A stretch of 64,000 bases of DNA, taken from the IMG/VR virus record IMGVR_UViG_3300006735_000002, positions 17,571-81,570 of that record. One strand, given 5' to 3'. This DNA is from a virus. The notes beneath the pieces are model-generated. The model made no database searches. It saw nothing but the letters and a program-made list of their open reading frames with translations, and was not told where the DNA came from. Of the stretch, positions 18,066-27,338 are shown one piece after another; positions within the stretch are counted from its first letter, which is position 1; each line of letters begins with the position of its first letter. The position numbers were made by a program, and so were the translations under genes.

Positions 18066-20219
18066 TCAGTCCTCGCCTTGGGCGAGAGCTGACCAGGAGG
18101 AGTCACTGTAGGAGACCTGCTGGTCGATGAGATCCAGCTGGGCATCAGCGACGGTGACCGTCTCGATGTCCGGCCGCTCAGCGGTCATGAGCTGCTCGTA
18201 GACGTCACGCCGGAGGCACACACACGGGGTCGGGATGCCGTCGATGCGGCGACTCCGTGTCGCTCCACGCGTCGTCACATTCAGCCAGTCACGGGCAGCC
18301 CACCGAGGCACGACCTCTTCGTAGACGTACCCATATCGGTCGAGAATGCCCTGCAGTGCGTGGGGCTCGATGCAGATTTCCGCCCACTCTGGCTTGCCAT
18401 CTTCCCAGCGGCCAGCCCAGCCGTTGCCGGGGGTGCCCCTCTCAAGTGAGGCTCGGCTACCCCAGAAGCGGTGACGGTTCATGGTCGACCACGAGGCCGC
18501 AGCGATGAAGGCATCGCGAGCACGGTCAGCGTCGTTGGCTCCGTCACGGACAGCCTGGATGAGGAACTCAATGGGGTCACGCGTCGGGGTCGGAACTCCG
18601 AGCGTCTCGCAGACTGCCTGAGCCAGGTCCAGACTGGCGACGTAGGCGGCAAGCCGGCCACCGACAGCGGTGTTGGTGATGCCGGCGTAGCTGTCACGCC
18701 GAGTCTCGAAGGCTTCACGGAAGTCAGGCCACGAGTCCTTGTGGAACACGAGGTACTTGGCCACGCGGCGGCCAAGATGGCCGTAGTGCGTGTAGAGCCG
18801 CCCCCTGACCGTGTCTGCCACGACACGAGCAGTCTGGGCAGGGCCAGAGATGGGGGCGCCCTGGAGGGCCAGCACACGGGCACGAACGCCGCCGTCCTGA
18901 GTGAACGAGGTCAGTCGCTGCTCACCGGTCGAGAGGAGCACCGTGTTCCAAGTGTTCACCTTGTCGATACCTTGCAGCGTGCCCCGTCCTCGACCTTTGC
19001 CGGAGCAGAAGTCGTACAGCACGTCAGCGACATGCTGCTTGTTCTTGACCCGCTTGGTTTCATCGAGGATGAGCGGCAGACTGTGGAGGAAGCCCGCAGC
19101 ACGTTCGACCCACACCTTGGTGCTGTCCCAGGAGTAGATGTAGCCCTCGTCGTCGTCATCTGCGGGGTAGCCCCAGACAGACGCGGCGACGCGCAGGCTC
19201 GTGGTCTTGCCGCTCGAGGTCTCGTTTGACCAATCAACCGCGAAGTTCGCGCACTTGACGATGTGCTGCATGACAGCGGCGACTGACGAGTAGATGGAGA
19301 GCATGGCCAGGGGATGGTCGCGAAGAAGCTCGACGACTTCGAGCCACCCTTCCCAGGTGCCTCCGGTACGCAGCGACTTCATGATGGGGTCCATTCCCTC
19401 CATCGGGAAGAGCTTGAGCTCCTGGTGCTTGTCGAGCTTGATGTGCCCATCAGGCAGCAGGAACGACCCGTCCTTCTGCCAGCCCAAGCGGTTTGCTCCG
19501 TTGGTCAGTGGGATCTTGTGCTGGTTGATGTCCTCGTAGGCAGTGAGCCAGCGAATGGCGTCAGCCGAGGTGATGGATGTGACAGGTGCGCCATAGTCGA
19601 TGAGACCCACGATCTTGCGGCTGTCGAACAAGACCGACCGCTCGACCGTGTGGGTGCGCCACTTGGGTCGACCCTTCCCTGGACCAGGGGGTTCGACCCA
19701 CGCCACTTCGACCTGCATGTGGCCGGTGTCGTTGTCTCGGCCGCGCTGGGTGATGATGATGGGTGCAGTCGCCACCTTCTCACGAGTGACCGTGCCTTCC
19801 TCGAAGTTGGCCTGGAGGGTGTAGACGCCCCCCAGGTCAACGTCGAATCCGTTGGGGATTAGCAGCGAGGGAAAGCCTTCGACGAGGTAGTCAGGCAGGT
19901 TCTCGTTCAGCGTGTTCGTGACACCCAGCTGCTGCAGCACATCCTGCTGCTGCTGCTGACGCGCCCGGCGCTGCGCTCTCTTGATGGTCTGAACCAGCTC
20001 ACGAGAGCGAGCACCCATGCCGCGGATTGACCCCAGCTGCATGAAGAGCGCTTCGAACTGGAACTCGTGCGCGCCCCACTGCCCGGCCATCTGCTCGATC
20101 TTTTCAAGCGAGAAGAAGGCCGTGAAGGTGGGAGCGCGATCGGCAGACTCCATAGACTGGACGGACTCGACAAACTCTTTCAGCTCAGCAACAAGATCAA
20201 CACTTTCGTTGTCGGACAT
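18066..20219 (-). CDS. DUF927/Cch-like replicative helicase
   Basis: Walker A NETSSGKTT, Walker B LPLILDE, GKGRGRG, WNTVLLSTGE, RARVL, YGHLG motifs. Confidence 0.85.
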   Translation of the reverse strand: MSDNESVDLVAELKEFVESVQSMESADRAPTFTAFFSLEKIEQMAGQWGAHEFQFEALFMQLGSIRGMGARSRELVQTIKRAQRRARQQQQQDVLQQLGVTNTLNENLPDYLVEGFPSLLIPNGFDVDLGGVYTLQANFEEGTVTREKVATAPIIITQRGRDNDTGHMQVEVAWVEPPGPGKGRPKWRTHTVERSVLFDSRKIVGLIDYGAPVTSITSADAIRWLTAYEDINQHKIPLTNGANRLGWQKDGSFLLPDGHIKLDKHQELKLFPMEGMDPIMKSLRTGGTWEGWLEVVELLRDHPLAMLSIYSSVAAVMQHIVKCANFAVDWSNETSSGKTTSLRVAASVWGYPADDDDEGYIYSWDSTKVWVERAAGFLHSLPLILDETKRVKNKQHVADVLYDFCSGKGRGRGTLQGIDKVNTWNTVLLSTGEQRLTSFTQDGGVRARVLALQGAPISGPAQTARVVADTVRGRLYTHYGHLGRRVAKYLVFHKDSWPDFREAFETRRDSYAGITNTAVGGRLAAYVASLDLAQAVCETLGVPTPTRDPIEFLIQAVRDGANDADRARDAFIAAASWSTMNRHRFWGSRASLERGTPGNGWAGRWEDGKPEWAEICIEPHALQGILDRYGYVYEEVVPRWAARDWLNVTTRGATRSRRIDGIPTPCVCLRRDVYEQLMTAERPDIETVTVADAQLDLIDQQVSYSDSSWSALAQGED

Positions 20220-20228
20220 CCGTGCTCC

Positions 20229-22301
20229 TTAGGACTGCGGCCCGATGGGTGCGAGGTAGTTGGCTGCGACCGTTGCCAGCCCGTCAGGCGAAGTCTCATC
20301 CTCGAACACCAGGTTGGGATGTGCAAGGCGGAACACCTGCCGCGTGGTCTCGACCCCGTGCTCGACGATGAACATGAGGATGTTGCGCTTGAGAGATCGG
20401 AACTTGCCGCCCCGAGCGCGACCGCTGGATGGTTCGTAGCGCTCTCGAAGCGTCCCCGGCAACATCGGCATGGCCTCAGTCACTTGCACGGCCTCGGCGG
20501 GTGCCGCTTCGGGCATGACGGGAGCAGCTACCCGTGCTGGGGCAGTGGTCACTTTCTTCCGCAGGTCGATGACATTCCAGCCGCGGCGGAACTCCGCATC
20601 GGGCATGACCGTCGAGGTCAACATGACCGTCTGCGGGATGTCCTTGAGTGACGCCATCACTCCGCCAAGGGTGTCAGCATCCCAGCCGCGGTCTTCCGGG
20701 GCCAGGATGGACAGGGGCAGCGGCATCATGTCGTCGAGAACAGCGCACATCGCAAGGGTCACGGCCACACGCTGCGCCTCGGACAGCCCCACCTTCAGGT
20801 AACGGTCACTGCCGCCGCCTTCGTAGAGACCGTAGTAGAACGAGTCACGCCCGTTGTCGGTGACCATGACTCCGAACTCCCAGCCGCCAGGCAGGTACGC
20901 CGTGACCTTCTCACAGAAGACATCGACTTGGTCTGCGAGCAGCTGAGACACGGCCTTCTGGGCCTGACGCTTGTACTCCGAGAACTTCTCGGCGCGGCCG
21001 TTGTTCTCTTCGACCAGCTTCTTGGCCGAGGTCAGTGTCGTCCACTTCGACAACGCATCCTGCAGGCTGGCGAGGTGTGCCTGTGCTGCGGAGAAAGCGT
21101 CGCGAGTCTCCTCTACGGACACGTCATTGCTTGAGGTCGTCGATGCCGGGAGTTCGTCGAGCTCGTTCTCGTACACCGCAATCTGCTCTCGCGTCCCGAC
21201 CACTGAGTCTTTCAGGTGAGACAGAGAGGTTTCCAGCTTCCGCTTGCTCGACATCTTCTGGTCGAGGTCCTTGACCTTGTCCCAGTAGAAGCCGTGGCAG
21301 GCGGTGATGTGATCACTGCCCACGTTCGATGAGCAGATGGGGCAGTCTTCTGTGCCCAGGTCCATTGCCCATTCCAGAGCGTGAAGTGCCCCGATGCTTC
21401 CGCGAGACTCCTTGGTCTCGATGCCAACCAACTTCTTGAGAGCATCCTCAGCGTCGTGCATTCCTGACAGCAGCCGCTGTTCCTCTGTGCGCAACTGACC
21501 CAGCAGGCTGTGGAGAAGCTCTCGCCGCTTGTCGCTCTCGTTGGCACCGGCCGTCTGCAGGTTTGCCTCGTGGAGCTCCTGGGCCTCTCGGACAGCGTCT
21601 CGTGCGGCCAGGACCTTCGCCTGTGTCGGCTTGACTCCGACTTCGTCCAGCAGCTTGTCGCGCAGTGTGGCCTGCGCCTTGGCGTCTGCTCGGTACTTGC
21701 GGGCCATCTTGTCCGCGGTCTCGATCGAGTGAGTGAGCCGGTCAACGGGGACAAGGTCATCGTAGTTCTCGGACAAGGTCTTGTACGTCTCGAAGTCAGC
21801 GCGGATGGCTTGCTCGACGACGTCTTCGTCCAGGTCAGAACAGACCCAAGCCAGGAACCGCTGCCGCGCCTTCTTCGCAGAGCCGGTCAGAACCTCACGA
21901 ACTTCACGGAGAGGGAAGTGGGGACTGTGCTGCTTGCTGGTGTGGGGAATGACCCACCGCGGACGGATGTGAGTCGGCGTCTTGATGCGGCGCTCGTCTC
22001 GCTTGGTCTCCCACTGACAGTGCTCGCCGTTGCTGAGGTTGGCACGAGCGAAGACGACCGACCCGTCATGACCATGCTGGTGTGCCAGGGTCATGATCAA
22101 CGCAGGGTCGCTGGTGATGACGCGGCCCGCCACCTCTTCGGCGGCACCGCTGATGGCCAGGGCGACCGCTTGGACGACGGCGCTCTTGCCGGAACCGTTC
22201 GGTCCGACGATGAGGTTCTTCTTTGTGAGGTCGTGGCTTCGGGGGCTACCGTCAGCGGATTTGATGTTGAACGAGACACTCGTAAGTTCTGGGGTGCTCA
22301 T
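20229..22301 (-). CDS. Rad50/SbcC (SMC-like) ATPase
   Basis: Walker A GPNGSGKS, coiled coils around a CPIC zinc hook, signature LSEAQR, degenerate Walker B ILAPED. Confidence 0.8.
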   Translation of the reverse strand: MSTPELTSVSFNIKSADGSPRSHDLTKKNLIVGPNGSGKSAVVQAVALAISGAAEEVAGRVITSDPALIMTLAHQHGHDGSVVFARANLSNGEHCQWETKRDERRIKTPTHIRPRWVIPHTSKQHSPHFPLREVREVLTGSAKKARQRFLAWVCSDLDEDVVEQAIRADFETYKTLSENYDDLVPVDRLTHSIETADKMARKYRADAKAQATLRDKLLDEVGVKPTQAKVLAARDAVREAQELHEANLQTAGANESDKRRELLHSLLGQLRTEEQRLLSGMHDAEDALKKLVGIETKESRGSIGALHALEWAMDLGTEDCPICSSNVGSDHITACHGFYWDKVKDLDQKMSSKRKLETSLSHLKDSVVGTREQIAVYENELDELPASTTSSNDVSVEETRDAFSAAQAHLASLQDALSKWTTLTSAKKLVEENNGRAEKFSEYKRQAQKAVSQLLADQVDVFCEKVTAYLPGGWEFGVMVTDNGRDSFYYGLYEGGGSDRYLKVGLSEAQRVAVTLAMCAVLDDMMPLPLSILAPEDRGWDADTLGGVMASLKDIPQTVMLTSTVMPDAEFRRGWNVIDLRKKVTTAPARVAAPVMPEAAPAEAVQVTEAMPMLPGTLRERYEPSSGRARGGKFRSLKRNILMFIVEHGVETTRQVFRLAHPNLVFEDETSPDGLATVAANYLAPIGPQS

Positions 22302-22861
22302 GTTGCTCCTTGATGGGTCATGTCGGCCAAGCGCTGCGTGATCGCAGCGAATGGCTCTGTGTCGTAGTGCCAGTACAGATGCGGCAGCATCGGCACTGGG
22401 CGGGGCACAGGGGTGTAGAAGATGAGGGCGCTGCCCTTGGGCGCCCCCGTCGCGCGCTCACCGTCGGGCCTCACGAACTTGATCCGAGGGGAGAGGAAGA
22501 TGACGCACAGTGCGTTTGGGCAGTTGGCCACCCACTTGCGCCAGTACGTCGTGTCGGTGTTGGCGTAGACCAAGAGCGCCACGGTCTCGCAGCCTTCGTC
22601 ACAAGCCTGCGCGGCTTTCTTGAACCAGTGAGAGATGCCTCTGCCGTACGGCGGGTTGCACCACACGCGCTTGCCGTAGTCGGACCAGCGCACACGGAGA
22701 GCATCGGTCTTGGGGTCGATGAACGGGTCGACACGAGCTGCGTCGAGGTTCGTTGCGCAGGCGTCGAGGTTAAACGCGCAGACCGTATCGATTTGGTTGA
22801 AGAGGTTGTCGGGGGTCATCCAGTCGTCTTTACCCAGCGTACGGGTAGTCGGAGCAGTCAC
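22298..22861 (-). CDS. dam: Phage DNA N6-adenine methyltransferase (T1/HP1-type Dam family)
   Basis: DDWMTP, LDACA, WCNPPYG, RIKF motifs. Confidence 0.9.
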   Translation of the reverse strand: MTAPTTRTLGKDDWMTPDNLFNQIDTVCAFNLDACATNLDAARVDPFIDPKTDALRVRWSDYGKRVWCNPPYGRGISHWFKKAAQACDEGCETVALLVYANTDTTYWRKWVANCPNALCVIFLSPRIKFVRPDGERATGAPKGSALIFYTPVPRPVPMLPHLYWHYDTEPFAAITQRLADMTHQGAT

Positions 22862-23055
22862 TCGTCACCTCCTTTGGCGTAGCCCTCGCTCGCCCATCCC
22901 CCGCCTCGCAGCGAGAAGTTGGTCTTGGATACCTGTCGAACGGTGCTCTCGAACCCGCACTTCGAACAGGGTTGATCTTTTTGAAGGTTTTTCAGTGAGA
23001 CCAGGACCTCGAACTGATGGCCGCACTTCCGGCACCGCTGCGAGAACAGCGGCAT
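22858..23055 (-). CDS. FmdB-family zinc-ribbon protein
   Basis: MPLF..RCRKCGHQFE...CSKCG...FSLRGGGW; start at ATG 23055. Confidence 0.85.
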   Translation of the reverse strand: MPLFSQRCRKCGHQFEVLVSLKNLQKDQPCSKCGFESTVRQVSKTNFSLRGGGWASEGYAKGGDE

Positions 23056-23354
23056 CACTCTTCCCACCCGATGTAGCGGAACGTCGGCGTGTTCTGCCCC
23101 ATCCAAGCTCCGCTGGTGTTGAACGAAAACCACTCAGCGGCGTCCGTGTAGCTGCATTCTCCGTCCTCCATGATGGCTTCAACGCACATCTCAGCGTCGT
23201 AAACGGCCACTATGAACCCAGGCTCTCTCGGCCATTGGTCCTCAGGGGTGTCGGTCATGCCCACGATGCAGGGGTCATAGACGCTGCGTGGTTCGAGCAG
23301 CAGCGCGTCAGGGTTGTAGTTGGACAGGGCTTCGAGGATCTCTTCGTAGGTCAT
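23055..23354 (-). CDS. Hypothetical phage protein
   Basis: 99 aa acidic, AEWFSFNTSGAWMGQNTP C-terminus, translationally coupled to neighbours. Confidence 0.7.
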   Translation of the reverse strand: MTYEEILEALSNYNPDALLLEPRSVYDPCIVGMTDTPEDQWPREPGFIVAVYDAEMCVEAIMEDGECSYTDAAEWFSFNTSGAWMGQNTPTFRYIGWEE

Positions 23355-23815
23355 TCCTCACCGCCCTCGTCGCGAACGACGATGCGACCCCACGCCTTGT
23401 AGTCATCACCGGGCAGTCGAGCGGTGTCCTTGGCTTGGTGGTACTCGTTCTTTCGGTAGTCCCACACCCAGGTGATCTTCCCCTCACGGAGGAACCCTTC
23501 GATCATCTCGAAGGTCGCACGGCCGCACACCGTATCCATCACACCAACGTACTGAGCCGGGCGGATGATGCCGTGGAACCGCGGAGAGCCGTCCCACAAC
23601 CGGCCGCTCACGACCGACGGAGGCCAGGACTTCCAACCACCGGCATCCCGAGAGCGGGAACGGTAGTCGTCGCGTCCTGCCACCACGGTGATGGTGTGCT
23701 CTGGGTACGCTTCTCCCAGCCCCTCGGTCAGACTGTCTCGCCAATCGTTTACCGTTCCGTCCTCGCATACTCTGTCATGTGCCAGGAAGAACCTGTAGTC
23801 TTTGTCGTTGCTCAC
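23351..23815 (-). CDS. Hypothetical protein
   Basis: 154 aa, strong AAGGAGGG RBS, coupled stop/start with the next gene. Confidence 0.7.
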   Translation of the reverse strand: MSNDKDYRFFLAHDRVCEDGTVNDWRDSLTEGLGEAYPEHTITVVAGRDDYRSRSRDAGGWKSWPPSVVSGRLWDGSPRFHGIIRPAQYVGVMDTVCGRATFEMIEGFLREGKITWVWDYRKNEYHQAKDTARLPGDDYKAWGRIVVRDEGGEE

Positions 23816-23833
23816 TTTCCCTCCTTATTGGCC

Positions 23834-23864
23834 ACCGTAGTAAGCCGTTGCGTGCCTTTGTCAA
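23834..23864 (-). promoter_or_regulatory. Possible internal sigma70-type promoter
   Basis: TTGACA at 23864-23859 in the same TGTTTGACA context as the 34505 promoter; -10 ambiguous (TACTAC at 16 nt or TACGGT at 19 nt). Confidence 0.4.
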
Positions 23865-23873
23865 ACACTTGTA

Positions 23874-26699
23874 TCACACTTCTGCCCAGGTTTGGCCGAC
23901 ATCAGCCTCGCAGGTGAATGGGACAGACCATCCTGGGACATCGATGGTCATGCACTCGGTCATCTTCTTCTGCGCCCAGTCCGCCAGATGCTCCGGCACT
24001 TCGACCACGAGTGAGTCATGGACTTGCGCGGTCAAGCCTGTGCCTGGTCCCCACTGCTGGAACGGGAATGCTTCAAGCACTCTCTGCTCGGCGACAGCCA
24101 TGATGGCGGCTTCGCACGCGAGGATGGGGAAGTTGACGACCTCGTTCTTCTTGCCGTCCTGCAGGCCGCCGGAGCGACGACCGAACAACGGGTCTTCCAT
24201 GTACCCTTGCTGGTCATACAGTTTGAGCATTCGGTTCCAGGCTGCCTGCCAGTCAGGCTCAGACTCATGCCAGACGCGGTCAAAGAACCGCACTTGGTTG
24301 AGGTCAAAGTGCAGGTAGGGGAGCTTTGTTTCGAGCTCGCCGTCTTTGGTGAAGCCAGTCATCTCGGTCGAGCGGATCACACTGTGCTTGGTCTCTGCCG
24401 CCGCCCAGTAGATCGAAGCGTAGCGATACGTCTTGATGAGTTCGCGCAGCTGGCCAGCCTTCCCTTTCTTCGAAGGCTTGTGCGTTGCCTTAAGACTGAA
24501 CCCCTTTGTCCAACCTGAAGCCTGTTCAAAATCCTTTCCGAACAAGTCGTGAGCGAGCCAGCAGTGCGGGTCAAGGTTCTCTGCGAAGCACTCAAGCAGG
24601 CGCTGGATGTTCCAGTAGTTGGCGGTGACTACGAGGTGCGCAGCGCTCAGGTCGCATCCCACCAGCACGTTGCCGGGAGACGCACAGAAGACCGTACGCA
24701 CACCACCGAGGTCCTTGCGGCTCGACTGGTTCTGCATGTTTGGTCGGCTCGAGGACAGTCGCCCTGGCGCTGTCGTGTGACTGTTCCACGTGGAACGGAC
24801 TCGACCGTCAGGGTGCAGTGACCCACCGGCAGAGAGCGGTCGCAGGTTGTACAGCTGCGTTCCCAAGACCTTGGTCTTCACGCGACGGTACTGCCGAAGG
24901 GTCAGCAGGAAATCTCGCTGAGACTCAGTGATGTGGGGGCTGGCCATGTGTGCTCGGAGCACCGCGTCACCTGTGCCGGGCAGACCTGTCTCTGTGTAGA
25001 ACTCCTTGGCGTCCATGCCGTAAGGGATGCCGAGGTCCCACTGGCCGTAGAGCAGGTCTCCGATCTGTCCGAAGGACCCAGGGTTGAACTCCGCGCCCTT
25101 CTTGCGGCGGATGCCGATGCGGTCAGCCAGGTCCTGCAGCTTCCCGTACAGCTGCTTCGCTACACCCTCGAACTTCGTGGTGAGCATCTCGACCTTGACC
25201 TGATTGACGTAGATGCCGTTCTGGTGCATCTGAACGCACATGTCCTGCCGGGCATGGTCAAGATGACGGAGCGTCCAGGGGGTCGAACTCGGCCAGGACG
25301 TAGGCTTTGCCCACTCCGGCAGCGGCCGACCCGCACCGTTCGAGTCCGCAGACCGACGCAGTGGCTCTGCGATGCGGGCGTTGACCACGGTGTCGTACTG
25401 GCAGTAGAGCAGCCGGCTCTTGACCGTCTTGCGTGAGGTCGCTGCTCCGTCTCCGCTCTCACTGGTCTCCCACTTGTGTACGTCAGTCAGCCGACGACCA
25501 GTAGGCTTGAGACCCTTGGGCAGGTCAGGGTGGGTGAAGCGAGCATCGAACAGTGTGTCGATGATGGGTGTCGGCTTCACGCCGTAGCAGTGCTCGACTA
25601 CTTGGCGGTCGAAGTAGCCGACGTTGTGCCCGACCTTGGTCTTGCTCTCGTCGAGGAAGAACTCGAGGAGGATGTCGTGAATCTCCTGCGCCTCATACGG
25701 CAGCAGGTGCCGTACCTTCTCCCCCTTGACTGCCTGATGCATGAGCTCCATGTTGGTGTGGATACCCACCGTACGGGCAACCTGATGCGGCTTCTCCCAG
25801 GGCATCGTGGAGTTGCCGTGGATGTCGATGTCTGGCGTAGCGATGGCGAGGCAGTCGACCTGGATGTCGCGCACGTTGATGCCATCGGTCTCAAGGTCGT
25901 AGACCCAGAAAGGTGACGGCACTGCCAGCCACTCGCGCAGCTGGTCTGGCGTTGGCTGCGTCAAGAACTCTGGCTCACGCCAGTACAGCGCATCGTTGAA
26001 CCAGCGCCACGCCTTGCCCAAGGTCGCGTAGAACTGTGGCCTCACGCTGGGGCGGTGCTTTACGAAGCCTGGGTCGTAGGTCGAGATGACCTTGACCATC
26101 CAGTCCGACGTGGACTGAGTCCAGTCAAAGGCTTGCCACGTCAATCGGCTGGCCTTGACCTCGCGCATGTCACCTTCGAGGTCGGACATGCTGGACGAGG
26201 TACCGAGCACGCGCTGGGCTGCCGTGCTGCCCATCGGGATGACGTAGCCGTAGTCTGCCAACCTGCTCTGCAGGTATGGGGCGCAGCAGTCTGCGGGGTG
26301 AGGCAGCTCCTCCTCTGCTTGACGCTTTGCTTCCGCCGCAGACATTCCTGCGGTTTGCAGCTTCTTCTGCGCGGCTTTGCGCTTGCGGCGAAGCGTCGCC
26401 TCCATCTTCTTCCACCCATCTCTTGGGGCGCATGACACCACGAAGAACAGGTCAATCATGGTGCGGTGTAGACCGTTCGCCTTGAGCGCACGGTCCCACT
26501 CCCCACCGTCCTGGCCGCTGAGCGGTCGTCCGTGGGTGACGTCGCCCAGGCGTGGTGCCTCAAGCACTGCCGCGACCGTGGTGGACTCGTGAACCTCGGG
26601 AGGTACCGGAGACCACTCACCGTCTGACAGACACCCCTTTGGGCCGAGAGGGCATCGACCACACTGCGCGCCACGAGAGCGTGGATCGAAGCTACTCAT
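23874..26699 (-). CDS. polA: Family A DNA polymerase with N-terminal uracil-DNA-glycosylase-like domain and 3'-5' exonuclease
   Basis: UDG family-4-like N-terminus (CGRCPLG, LEAPR, GRPLSG, TYDPG); exonuclease YDLETDG, GHNVGYFD, YCQYD; polymerase GRLSSSRPNMQN, CDLSAAHL, RELIKTYRY, VHDS. Confidence 0.92.
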   Translation of the reverse strand: MSSFDPRSRGAQCGRCPLGPKGCLSDGEWSPVPPEVHESTTVAAVLEAPRLGDVTHGRPLSGQDGGEWDRALKANGLHRTMIDLFFVVSCAPRDGWKKMEATLRRKRKAAQKKLQTAGMSAAEAKRQAEEELPHPADCCAPYLQSRLADYGYVIPMGSTAAQRVLGTSSSMSDLEGDMREVKASRLTWQAFDWTQSTSDWMVKVISTYDPGFVKHRPSVRPQFYATLGKAWRWFNDALYWREPEFLTQPTPDQLREWLAVPSPFWVYDLETDGINVRDIQVDCLAIATPDIDIHGNSTMPWEKPHQVARTVGIHTNMELMHQAVKGEKVRHLLPYEAQEIHDILLEFFLDESKTKVGHNVGYFDRQVVEHCYGVKPTPIIDTLFDARFTHPDLPKGLKPTGRRLTDVHKWETSESGDGAATSRKTVKSRLLYCQYDTVVNARIAEPLRRSADSNGAGRPLPEWAKPTSWPSSTPWTLRHLDHARQDMCVQMHQNGIYVNQVKVEMLTTKFEGVAKQLYGKLQDLADRIGIRRKKGAEFNPGSFGQIGDLLYGQWDLGIPYGMDAKEFYTETGLPGTGDAVLRAHMASPHITESQRDFLLTLRQYRRVKTKVLGTQLYNLRPLSAGGSLHPDGRVRSTWNSHTTAPGRLSSSRPNMQNQSSRKDLGGVRTVFCASPGNVLVGCDLSAAHLVVTANYWNIQRLLECFAENLDPHCWLAHDLFGKDFEQASGWTKGFSLKATHKPSKKGKAGQLRELIKTYRYASIYWAAAETKHSVIRSTEMTGFTKDGELETKLPYLHFDLNQVRFFDRVWHESEPDWQAAWNRMLKLYDQQGYMEDPLFGRRSGGLQDGKKNEVVNFPILACEAAIMAVAEQRVLEAFPFQQWGPGTGLTAQVHDSLVVEVPEHLADWAQKKMTECMTIDVPGWSVPFTCEADVGQTWAEV

Positions 26700-27072
26700 G
26701 TTCGCTCCATCGGCAGCGCCGCTTCAGAGGCTTACCCATGTGGAGCTCCAGCTCATGGTGTGCGGCGTACCGCTTGACCGCCTGGCGCAGTGCGACCACC
26801 TGTTTGTCCCACCCGATGCGGTCTTTGATGAGCCCGTACGAGAGCTTCTCAGTGTTCCGCAGGCGGATTGCCTCGAGAATCATGACCTCCCGAGCGAACA
26901 CCCGCGGACGCTTGCTGAGGTCAAGCGAACCCAGGTGGGTGTAGACCTGCTTGCGCAGGGTCGACGTGTTGACGCCAAAGCTCGCGGCCACTTGGTCCCA
27001 GGTCTCTCCTGCCTCGACTCTGCTCTTGGCAGACCTCAGCTCAGGGAATGTCCAAGTGTGTCGCGGAGCCAT
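26692..27072 (-). CDS. Helix-turn-helix DNA-binding protein
   Basis: GETWDQVAASFGVNTSTLRKQ plus a second HTH-like segment; start ATG 27072. Confidence 0.7.
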   Translation of the reverse strand: MAPRHTWTFPELRSAKSRVEAGETWDQVAASFGVNTSTLRKQVYTHLGSLDLSKRPRVFAREVMILEAIRLRNTEKLSYGLIKDRIGWDKQVVALRQAVKRYAAHHELELHMGKPLKRRCRWSEHE

Positions 27073-27269
27073 CAGCCCCTCACAGGGGTCATGCCCGCGA
27101 GGAAGCGAGCGACGCTCTTGCACCACGTACGATGCTTCTCGTCGATGTAGATGACCATCAGCGGGTATCTCTCAGGGTCATCTGCGTGCTCGTTCACAAC
27201 CATGCGAACGCGGTAGTAGTTTCCATTGCGGTGCTGCCACCGGGTACCTGGCCGAACTTCTTTTTCCAT
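27072..27269 (-). CDS. DUF1653-like small protein
   Basis: WQHRNGNYYRV...MVIY...TWCKSVARF pattern. Confidence 0.7.
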   Translation of the reverse strand: MEKEVRPGTRWQHRNGNYYRVRMVVNEHADDPERYPLMVIYIDEKHRTWCKSVARFLAGMTPVRG

Positions 27270-27283
27270 GCTGCTCCCAGAGA

Positions 27284-27318
27284 GACGCCCCCGCCGCCTT
27301 TTTGACGACGGGGGCGTT
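27284..27318 (-). terminator. Intergenic hairpin (terminator, processing or stability element)
   Basis: About 14-bp stem with an A5 loop, G-U pairs valid on the minus strand, downstream of the SSB gene; no U-tract. Confidence 0.45.
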
Positions 27319-27338
27319 GTGTCAGACCGTGTTGTTAC

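Noticed and set aside
23874-26699. 2-aminoadenine (Z-genome) system
   Set aside because: No PurZ, DatZ or MazZ recognisable in the window, and an adenine methyltransferase is present; the rest of the genome is unseen
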